Of a stretch of DNA of 20,000 nt, positions 10,882 through 18,835 are shown piece after piece; within the stretch, counting starts at the first letter, position 1, and each line of letters begins with the position of its first letter. This DNA is from Spirogloea muscicola (lineage: Eukaryota): contig WELB01000024.1 in the NCBI GenBank assembly GCA_009602725.1, positions 441,003 through 461,002 on the forward strand. The letters are read 5' to 3'. The notes beneath the pieces were generated by a model. It made no database searches. It worked only from the letters and a program-made list of their open reading frames with translations, and was not told the DNA's origin. A program made the position numbers and the translations under genes.

Positions 10882-10989
10882 CCTTGCTGATGTCTTAGCA
10901 CTCCGGCTCCTTCAGCCGGAGCCAACCTTTTAGGTTGGCTTTGCCAGCCCCTCTTCTCTAGCGGGCACTTTCTTCAGACACTTGTACAT

Positions 10990-11748
10990 TGCTTTGTGCT
11001 GCGGAATGCCATGTTTGGCATCTGTCGAGGTTATACGGTGGCGCTCGAGAACACCAGTGTCATGCCTCCGACCGGTGGGGCGGATGGCCGCATCCACACC
11101 CCGACCTCGTCGCAGCGCGCTCGGCCGGGGCCTCGGCTCATCGCCGACGTTGTCACGACTGACTGCTTTGTTTCCAGCAGCGCCAAACGCTCGTCGGAGG
11201 AGGCGGGCTACGCAATCGGCCAAGCAGCGGGCGAAAAGGAACGAAAGTACTCGGACCACCCGGTGGGAGACGAGTTTGTTTCACTGGCAGTCGACGTGCA
11301 CGGAGCCTTTGGCTCGAAATGGCTTGACTTGCTTCACCGCCTTGCGCGGCGTGCAGCGGCCCGCCCCCTCGGGCAGCAGCAGGGCGAGCAGCCCGGCTTC
11401 AACGTCGCCGGGTCCCTCGCTCAAGTCTTCCGAATGCGTTTTGGCCATCTCGATGCAGCGGTCCCCGGCCTTCGCGGTTCACTTGCGCGCAGGCCGAGCT
11501 TTGGCGGCGGCCTTCGGCTTCCGTCAGGGCGACGTCTTTCCGCCGGCTAGCTACTCATACTTGCATCTCCTGACTAGAGATTACTGAGCGTTCCCTGGCT
11601 GATGTCTTAGTCCTAGTCCTTCGCACTCCGGCTCCTTCAGACCTTGTCCATTCCTTTGGGCTGGCCTTTCCCAGCCACCAGTCAATCTGGCCGCGCTTTC
11701 TTTTGTGCTGGCCTCTTCCAGCCACCAGTATATTTGGACGCGCTTTTT
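10990..11748 (+). mobile_element. Family-C 5'-truncated copy (RLE domain plus 3' UTR with tandem terminal hairpin modules)
   Basis: LRNAMFGI..GYTVALE..RLIADVVTTD..AAGEKERKYSDHP..SLAVDVHG..[frameshift]..LHLLTRDY* (stop at 11587); terminal modules at 11658-11704 and 11705-11748. Confidence 0.85.
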
Positions 11749-11833
11749 CATTGCCCCCATTGGGAGAGCCACTTTTTCCTCGCAGCGATGTCGCCATCAC
11801 ACGCTTCCCTCTTCTTCCCCCTAGGTTGCCCTA

Positions 11834-12070
11834 GACTCTGCCTGAACAATGTGTCGGCTTGAAGTGGCCTCCATTTCATTTCATGCGCCCCTCGCGCCTT
11901 CTTTCTTCCGGACCTTTGCGATAAGGGGGCGAACCCCCTTGTGTGTTGTAGCGCTTTCTTGTCCATTCCTTTGGGCTGGCCTTTCTTCTTTCCCAGCCAC
12001 CAGTCAATCTGGCCGCGCTTTCTTTCTGGCCACTTCGGACCTTGTCCATCCTGTCGGACTGCCTTTCCCA
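11834..12070 (+). mobile_element. Stack of retroelement 3' termini (family E at 11834-11908, family C at 11959-12027, degenerate C at 12038-12070)
   Basis: Direct sequence matches to the reverse complement of 8901-8975 and to 11640-11704. Confidence 0.7.
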
Positions 12071-12236
12071 ATCGAAGAAAAGTAAAGAAGGAACGAAACA
12101 GCTCTCCCAATGTAACTTTTATGGAAGAGCCTGCTTCCTAGCGAAGGGCTGCCGGTGGCATATCTCGGCTTCCCCTGCCGCTCCCGCAGTGCCGCCGGCC
12201 TGCCGCCGACTTGACCCCGCCGCCGCCGCCGCCGCC

Positions 12237-12630
12237 ATGATGCCCGGCGGCGCCGGCGAGGTCCACGCCTACGCGGCGGCCGCCTGGGCGCGCCGCCGCT
12301 GCACGGCGCCTATGGCTCCCACCTCTACAACCTGCCGCAGCCCCCGAGCCCCTTACGGCGGCGCCGCCGGCCCGGCTGCATGGTACCACCAACCGCCGCA
12401 TCTATACGCCCCGCAGCCTCCGCAGCCGTCGTCGCCCGCCCCGTCGAACCACGGCGGGTACGAGAGCCCCGGGGCAGTCATCTACGAGGCCTTCCCGCAG
12501 CGGCCGTACGCCGGCGGCGGCAGCGACGAGGCTCCCGGAGCTGCCGGCAGATGTCTACCGACGGCGGATCGAAGCGCTTCCGCGTGAAGCTCCTCGCTGA
12601 CGGCCTAAAGCCCAAGGACGTTACGTGCCA
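12237..12630 (+). pseudogene. FREE1: Frameshifted first-exon fragment resembling plant FYVE-domain protein FREE1/FYVE1
   Basis: gccgccATG start, a Pro/Tyr/Gly-rich stretch, then GGSKRFRVKLLADGLKPKDVTCQ in a different frame. From memory this resembles FREE1 QKFRVKLLAE..DVLCQ. It is followed by a possible GC donor (cag|gcgag). No downstream exons were seen. Confidence 0.5.
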
Positions 12631-12836
12631 GGCGAGCCCCACCGGCTCCCCACAATCCTCGCTGCCGCGCCAATTAGGGCGGGCGGCGGGCGGCGATTGG
12701 CAGTACAGGCGGCGGCGGGCGGGGTGGCCGCAGCAGGCTCGGCTCATCAGCGGCGGCCGGCCGATGATGGGGGAAGGCATGGCGGGCCCCGCACGGCTCC
12801 CGGGCTCCGCTGACGCCCGGCACCGTTGCCGGCAGT

Positions 12837-12907
12837 AGAATAAAGAAGAAAGTGCTCGCCCATTGAGGATAGGGGCTGGAAAAGCCAGCCCGAAAAGAAT
12901 GAAGACT
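12837..12907 (-). mobile_element. 71-bp family-B 3' terminus with 12-bp TSD
   Basis: Minus strand reads ..ttcGGGCTGGCTTTTCCAGCCCCTATCCTCAATGGGCGAGCACTTTCTTCTTTATTCT; GTTGCCGGCAGT occurs at 12825-12836 and 12908-12919. Confidence 0.9.
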
Positions 12908-13012
12908 GTTGCCGGCAGTGGGGCCCGCGCCAGGGCGGCACCAAAAGGGACCGGCCGGCGGCATCAGAACCCCGCACGCTGACAAGCGCCTCCCCACCTC
13001 TCTCTTCTTCTC

Positions 13013-13366
13013 CTCCGCCATCGCTCCTGCCACTGCTGCTGCCCTACCCCCTTAGCGGCTCCAGGAGTACATGACGGACAGGTCGTACATGCCCACATCA
13101 ACGTTTCCGGCCCTCCTTCCCCCCTCCACCATTCCTCCTGCCACTGCTGGTGCCGTTCTCGAGCGGCTCCAGAAGTGGATGAAGGACAGGTCGTATCGTC
13201 TTTTCCGGCCCTTCTCCCCCCCCTCCGCCATCCCTCCACTCCTCCTCCACTGCTGCTGCCTCACTCCTCTGGCAGCCGGCCCTCCTCCCCCCCCCCGCCA
13301 TCCCTCCTCCTGCTAGTGCTGCCAGGCCAGGTCGTCAAGGCCCTCATCGGCACTTTCGGCCCTCCT
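13013..13366. repeat. C-rich tandem repeat of about 111 bp, left block
   Basis: Unit ctccgccatccctcctgccactgctgctg..gcggctccag..ggacaggtcgt..tttccggccctccttcccc starts at 13013, 13124 and 13223, with partial units after that. Confidence 0.85.
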
Positions 13367-16181
13367 GACACGTCTGGCTCGTGACAGCGAGGATGAGGCT
13401 GCATGGGCTGTGTTTGTGTTGTTTCAGCGACTATTGCTTGGTCGCCTGCCGCAGGGGAAGGCAGGTCGCAAGGAGCTGCTGCTGCGCCTCCACCTCTTTG
13501 AAGGTGGGGAGTGGCAGCTGCTGCTTGCAAAGCACCAAGCGGCTGCGCAACTCGCGCAAGCCAACTATCGGCCCACCATGTCGGAAATGGATATCAAGGA
13601 GGCGGGCAAGCGACGTGCCATCCGATTTGGCCGAGCCGGCGACCTTGCCAGGGCTGCCCAAGCCTTGGAGCCCTCCACACCAGCACCGCATGATGCGACC
13701 ACCTTGGCCGCACTCGAGCAGCTCCATCCTCCGGCCCCGCGAAGATTAGATACATGGATGGAGAGCTTCACGCCTGCTCAACCGGTGGACCTGGACCCGG
13801 CTGTCTTCCGTCGGGCGATTGTGAGTAGCCGCAAGGCAGTCTCCGGGGGTCCATCGGGCATGCTCTTTGAGCACTTGCGGGAGCTGTATGGGGAGGACGA
13901 CTCGGAGGACTTCGACCTGCTGCTGAGGGTCGCGCAACATGTTGCGCGTGGACACCTCACCCATCGTGTAGGCGCAGTCCTCTGCACAAGCAATCTCATT
14001 GCTTTGCAGAAGGACAGCGGGGGAGTGCGTCCTATCTCGATGGGGGAGGTTCTGTCGCGCCTCGTGGGGCGCACCCTAATCATGCAGATCCAGGACGATG
14101 CCCAGGCGCACTTCCATCCCCACCAGTTTGGGGCTGGAATGCGGGCTGGCGCTGAGACCCTGGTGCACGGGGTACGAGCGGCACTGGATGTCAACCCCCA
14201 CTGGCTGGCCTTGAGCGTGGACGTACAGAACGCCTTCAACTCCGTGGATCGGCAGGTTATTGCCGAGGAGCTAAGGCAGTACTTTCCCACCCTCCTCCCT
14301 CACTTCCGCTGCATGTATGGCTCGCCATCTGCATTGTTGTGGGGGGCAGGGACTTCTTTGGCTGTTCTGCAGTCAAAGACGGGGACACGCCAAGGTGATC
14401 CAATGGGTGGTTTCCTCTTCGCTCTGGCGCATCACCGTGCTTTGCGCAACACGGCGAGCGCTCACCCTGGCGTTCTCCTCCCGAGCTATGCGGATGATAC
14501 CACGCTCCTCGGCCCCCCAGAGGAGGTGCTGCGAGCTTTCGGCACACTTCAGCACCAGCTCCAGCTTATCGGGCTTGGGGTCAATCCGGCTAAGTGCTCT
14601 GCCTGGTCCCCCATTGGCATCCCTCTTTCCCTCTTCCCCTCGTTGCCGACATCTTGTCAGACTCCAGAGGACGGCTTGAGGATCTTGGGAGTGCCACTAG
14701 GGGACCCGTCTTTCTCGGAGGGTGCTGTCCTTGCTCGTCTCCAAGGATACATGCAGGTCCTGCCAGAGCTCCCCAGCCTCGGGGACTCTCAGTTGGCAAT
14801 GGCCATTTTGACCAGGAGTGTGGCACAGCGGCCGTGCTACCTCCTGCGTACGGTCCCACCGTCGGTCAGCTTGGATGCTATCTATGCATCCATTGATGTC
14901 AAGCTTCAGCAATGCCTTGCTGATCTGATTGCTCACCCACTCCTAGAGCAGTCTCCAGCAGCACTGGTGCAATGTACGCTGCCCATACGCCACGGTGGGC
15001 TTGGTTGTCGCCCCTTGGTCCGCTTATGCAGACCAGCGTACCTTGGCTGCTGGGCTCAAGTGGCTTCGTCCATATCTGGACGATTCCTCCTTGAGCAACA
15101 ACGTGTATTGGCGCCTCACATCAGTAACGTGGTTCAGGGGAGTCTGCCTTTCCAAGTGACTCTCAAAGCATGCCAACAGGACCTCTTCGCCGCATACCCG
15201 CCTCTGGTGAATGAGCCTGTTGGTTTTGCTGCCTGGGCCGACGTTTCTGATGTTAAGGCTCAATCGCGGTTTTCCCGTGCTGCAGACGAGCAACCACTGG
15301 AGCATCTCCGGAGTCTCCTCCAAGGGGATGCTCGAGGCCAGGCTCGGCTCCTATCTGTTTCGTCTCTGGGAGCGTCTGAGTGGCTCCGCGCTTTGCCTTT
15401 GCATGCGGGCTTGCGGATGGAGAATGCTTTGTTTTGCGATGCTATGCGCCGCCGCCTTGGCTTACCATCCCTGTGCTTGGCAGGGGTGACCCAGTGTGAA
15501 TGTGGGCGTATCGAGCATGATGCATTGCTCATGGGTGACCACATGCTCAGGTGTGCCAGAGGCAGTGAGCGCACGGGCTCCCACAACCTCCTACGTGACG
15601 CCATGTATGGCATCGTCAAGGAGGCGGGATATCAAGTGGCGTTGGAGAGCACCGGGGTGATGCCCGTCCAGCTCCGCAATGGGGTCCCTCGGACGAGGCG
15701 TGTCGATCTGGTTGGCGTCCCCCTGGGAGGTGGCAAGCGGCTCCTCATGGACGTCGTCCTAACCGACAGCTTCCGGACGAAGGGCCCCATTACTTCTGAG
15801 ACCGGCTATGCTGTGAAGGTGGCCGAACAGAAGAAGTTGAACAAGTACAAGGACCACCCGGCGGGTGATACCTTTTACCCCCTGGCCATGGACATCCACG
15901 GGTGTTACGGGGGTCAGTGGTCCTCGTTACTTTCGCTGCTGGCCTCTCAAGCTGACCAGCGGCGCCGGGAACGGGGTGCAGCCCTTCCCGGTGGCTCGGT
16001 GCCTTTGGGTCTTGTGTCCTGCTACCGTATGCGCTTGTCTATGTCCCTACAGCGGTCCCAGGCGATTGCTTTGCATCGCCGGGCTGGTCGCGCCCTTGCA
16101 GCAGCCTCTGGTTTGCGCAGCGGGGTTGCTCTTCCTCCCCTCAGCTCATCTGACTTCCTACTGCTGACTCGGGGGTATTGA
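13365..16181 (+). CDS. Reverse transcriptase + CCHC zinc knuckle + restriction-like endonuclease (open frame of about 938 codons, native start missing)
   Basis: RT motifs RPISMGEVLSRL, QFGAG, LSVDVQNAFNSVDR, GTRQGDPMG, YADD, ILGVPLG, LPIRHGGLG; zinc knuckle CECG..DHMLRC; RLE motifs RRVDLV..LLMDVVLT..AEQKKLNKYK..FYPLAMDIHG. No stops or frameshifts. Confidence 0.92.
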   Translation: MTRLARDSEDEAAWAVFVLFQRLLLGRLPQGKAGRKELLLRLHLFEGGEWQLLLAKHQAAAQLAQANYRPTMSEMDIKEAGKRRAIRFGRAGDLARAAQALEPSTPAPHDATTLAALEQLHPPAPRRLDTWMESFTPAQPVDLDPAVFRRAIVSSRKAVSGGPSGMLFEHLRELYGEDDSEDFDLLLRVAQHVARGHLTHRVGAVLCTSNLIALQKDSGGVRPISMGEVLSRLVGRTLIMQIQDDAQAHFHPHQFGAGMRAGAETLVHGVRAALDVNPHWLALSVDVQNAFNSVDRQVIAEELRQYFPTLLPHFRCMYGSPSALLWGAGTSLAVLQSKTGTRQGDPMGGFLFALAHHRALRNTASAHPGVLLPSYADDTTLLGPPEEVLRAFGTLQHQLQLIGLGVNPAKCSAWSPIGIPLSLFPSLPTSCQTPEDGLRILGVPLGDPSFSEGAVLARLQGYMQVLPELPSLGDSQLAMAILTRSVAQRPCYLLRTVPPSVSLDAIYASIDVKLQQCLADLIAHPLLEQSPAALVQCTLPIRHGGLGCRPLVRLCRPAYLGCWAQVASSISGRFLLEQQRVLAPHISNVVQGSLPFQVTLKACQQDLFAAYPPLVNEPVGFAAWADVSDVKAQSRFSRAADEQPLEHLRSLLQGDARGQARLLSVSSLGASEWLRALPLHAGLRMENALFCDAMRRRLGLPSLCLAGVTQCECGRIEHDALLMGDHMLRCARGSERTGSHNLLRDAMYGIVKEAGYQVALESTGVMPVQLRNGVPRTRRVDLVGVPLGGGKRLLMDVVLTDSFRTKGPITSETGYAVKVAEQKKLNKYKDHPAGDTFYPLAMDIHGCYGGQWSSLLSLLASQADQRRRERGAALPGGSVPLGLVSCYRMRLSMSLQRSQAIALHRRAGRALAAASGLRSGVALPPLSSSDFLLLTRGY

Positions 16182-16282
16182 GGGCGCCCTGTCTGCCTAG
16201 CCTTTGGCTCCGTCATGAACACCTGTATGCATCTGGCTGGCAGTTTACAGCCGATTTTTTCATATCAGCAGCCGCTTGTGTT
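13366..16282 (+). mobile_element. CRE-like (RLE-clade) non-LTR retrotransposon, family A, 5'-truncated
   Basis: A single RT-CCHC-RLE ORF, then a 3' UTR of about 100 nt with a GGCTG..CAGCC hairpin, cagcagccgc and a T-rich end. It interrupts a satellite unit at ggccctcct|tccccc. Confidence 0.88.
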
Positions 16283-16778
16283 TCCCCCCCGCCATCCCTC
16301 CTGCTACTACTGCTGCCCCACTCCTCTAGCAGCTCCAGCAGGACAGGTCGACAAGGCCGCAGTTGGCACTTCCGGCCCTCTTTCCACCCCCCCTACTGCT
16401 GCTGCCCCACTCCTCTAGCAGACTTAGAAGCTGCTAGATGCTAGCTGCTACGTCATTAGATGTGCTTGCCTTTGCACTTGGCCATACTGGCGGCCTTCGG
16501 TTGTTTCAAATACACGATAAACGATATTTTTCTCCGCCATCCCTCCTGCCACTGCTGCTGCCCTACCCCATTAGCGGCTCCAGGAGTGGATGACGGATAG
16601 GTCCTCAAGGCTCGCATCAACATTTCCGGCCCTCTCTCTCCCCTCCACCATCCCTCCTGCCACTGCTGCTGTCCTCCTCCTCGAGCGGCTCCAGAAGTGG
16701 ATGAAGGACAGGTCGTCAAGGCCCTCATCGCCATTTCCGGCCCTCCTTCCCCCCTCCGCCATCCCTCCTGCCATCCCC
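16283..16778. repeat. C-rich tandem repeat of about 111 bp, right blocks (16283-16420 and 16532-16778), separated by a family-D-like 3' UTR relic
   Basis: Units start at 16532, 16643 and 16754 (period 111). The intervening atgtgcttgcctttgcacttggcca..aatacac matches 8810-8861. Confidence 0.85.
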
Positions 16779-17464
16779 CGCGCCGCAACGACCTCGCCAG
16801 TGACCGCCCAGTCACACCTCCCTCCCCAACCCAAGAAATCCCCCCCCCCTCCCCCCCCACCTCTCTCCGTGCTTCCTCAGCCCTACAGAGCTCCCTGTCT
16901 CGTCGCAGCTCGGTTCCGCCGCATGGCTGCTGCGCCGCATGCCCGCCCACCAGCGCTGCCGCCTCGCCAGCTCCATAGCCCATGGTCGCAAGCTCCGCGG
17001 CGGCGTCCGCCGTCGCTGCCGGGGTCGCTATGACAAGCCCCTGCGAGCAGCTGCAGTCGATCCTCGCGCGGATGCACAGCCGGGTGCCCGCCGCAATAGC
17101 CTGCGGCAGCGCCGCTGCTGCGCTGCGCTTGCATTGGGCAGGCCACAGCCTGCAGCAGCTCGCCGCCGCCGCCGCTGCCGCCGCTGCCCCACCTCACTCG
17201 CCCTCAGTGAGCTCTCTCCAATGCCACTGCAGCCGACGTTCTGCACTGTTGTTAAGCGTACGACGACCAGTGAAGCGCTGTCAACGCTGCCATTGCTGGT
17301 GCCACTTCCACCGCCCCCAACAGCTCTGAGCTTGGAGGCTGCCTACCAGGTGAGCGCCAGCCGCCATTGTATATCTGGTGGCGCAGGCGGAGAAGCTGCA
17401 TGCCCGCAGCGCTGCTGTGAAGCCGAGAGCTGACAGCGGACCTGTTTTGCTGATGCTGCTACAG

Positions 17465-18050
17465 CTCACCCTGGTGGCCATCACAGCTAAGGCTCGCGGC
17501 TATGGAGATGAGGGTGCAGCCAGTGAGGTGGCGGCTCAGTTGCTGCCAGCGACGACAACCACTGCGGCAGGTGTTGACGACCCGGCGGCACACTGACGAC
17601 AACTTTGATGCAGCAGGTCGCACCTTGGCACAGGGCAGCATGCGGCTGGCCGCGACTGCAGGTCGGACAGGACCAGCGGCAGTAGCCGCCGTGGCCGTGC
17701 TGAGCGGCGAGCAGGAGCGCTGCTCAGAGAGTGGCTGTGGCAGCGGGCCACCGAGGGCCCGGCGGAAGCAACGGCGCAGGGCACCGGCAAGGTACGTCAA
17801 CGACGCTGAGGAGTTGTATGCTGGCCATGGCCATAACAAGGGAAGCAGCTACAGCAGAGGCCACTCTCAGAGTGGTGGCACCATTGGTCCGCCCCTGGGG
17901 GTGGCCGCTGAGTGGCGATGCATCGGGCGGCAGTTGCGTGTGCTGTCTGCGCTGGTGCCGCGCGGTAGCGACGTGCCACCTGACGTCATGCTCGGCCGCA
18001 CGATCACCTATTTGGCACGCCTGCAAGGCGAGCTCGCCGCTTTCCAATGA
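17465..18050 (+). CDS. Atypical bHLH-like protein, last exon (HLH at the extreme C-terminus, no canonical basic region); 5' structure uncertain
   Basis: EWRCIGRQLRVLSALVPRGSDVPPDVMLGRTITYLARLQGEL* fits the plant HLH pattern I..L..L..LVP.G....ML..I.Y...LQ. There is a candidate intron at 17350-17464 (GTGAGC..ctacAG). Linking to the upstream ATGs (16982/17030) needs frameshifts. Confidence 0.6.
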
Positions 18051-18835
18051 GGGCAGTGGCGCCACATCAACGTCGCTGGCCAGCACACAGCCGCCACAGC
18101 CGGCGCCGCTGACACTGCCACTGTCGCCTTGCAAGTTGCAGCTGCAGAATCAGGTGATCGGGATTGCATGCCAGCTGCCGCAGCCTTACCAGTCATTAGT
18201 GCCTGGCAGCCAGTATCTATAGCTGTCAATCACCTGGTGCCGCCAGTCCCAACCCACCCTGGGTCATGCCTGCCATAGGCAGTCAGTCCACTATCAACTA
18301 TGGCGCTGCCCAAAAGCTGATGCCGTTGCCGGCATAGACCAACATGACTTCTACGGCGCGTCTGAGCATGTAGGCGGTCCGCAAACGAAGTGTAAGCTCC
18401 AGTTAGCAACAGCCCATAGGGCGGCGCTGCAGACGCCTTCACTGGGCAAATTAGCAGGCCAGCAAAGGCATGACAATCCTTCCACTGACGGGCGGCCATG
18501 CCGCCTGGATGAAAAGTAGAAGCACCTCCCTTGGTAGTTCAGTGTGTCTGTTTACAACTGCTGTGGGCGCCGCCACCCCCGTCTGTCCAGTGCACCTGGC
18601 CACCGCAGACCACTGCCGGTGTATCTGTAGGACCTGTGTGCAGCGCAAGGAGGTGTGAGCAGATTGTAAATGAACATGCATTTACGAATGCCAGGGCAGA
18701 TTGGTCGTGGCAGCTTGCGAGACGTTTCCAGCAGCTCTGCAGCTCACCAAGGGAGCTGCCGCCACCCCCGCTGTGCAGCACAGCCGCTGCCGCCATCGCC
18801 GCTGCCTGCGGCAGTCGTCGCTTGCACCAGCGCCC

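Larger units (their letters stand above)
9478..10975 (+). mobile_element. Family-C copy split into three pieces (9478-9701, 10302-10350, 10882-10975) by nested family-B insertions
   Basis: The pieces align in order to the uninterrupted family-C copy: VDVHGAFG..RAGRALA, then tttggcggcggcctccggcttccatcagggcga, then gctgatgtcttag..cactccggctccttcag. Confidence 0.8.

Noticed and set aside
11658..11748. Histone mRNA stem-loop or HDV-ribozyme resemblance (GGC..GCCACC; CCAGCC..TCCTC..AATGGG in family B)
   Set aside because: Stem sequence and loop size do not match the histone consensus, and no nested double pseudoknot could be built; the resemblance is superficial.
6867..12891. CRISPR array or bacterial intrinsic terminators (repeated hairpin + T run)
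   Set aside because: The copies are irregularly spaced, on both strands, attached to retroelement ORF tails and TSDs, and the context is eukaryotic.
12850..12896. Hammerhead ribozyme (TTGAGGA-stem-GAAA on this strand), which would suggest a Penelope-like element
   Set aside because: The core is not CUGANGA, GAAA is not conserved in other copies, stems I/III are absent, and the RT is RLE-type with no GIY-YIG domain.
6810..12919. Strict sequence-specific target site for family B
   Set aside because: The TSDs (CTTTCCAATC, TTTGGC, GCAGA, GTTGCCGGCAGT) differ; only a weak YTGSCRGC similarity at three sites, too few to claim.
13365..16181. Retron, DGR or group II intron RT
   Set aside because: The C-terminal CCHC + RLE domains, 5' truncation and TSD-flanked relatives identify it as a non-LTR retrotransposon.
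13013..16778. LTRs flanking the RT ORF
   Set aside because: The repeats are satellite units without TG..CA ends, PBS or PPT, and the ORF lacks protease, RNase H and integrase.
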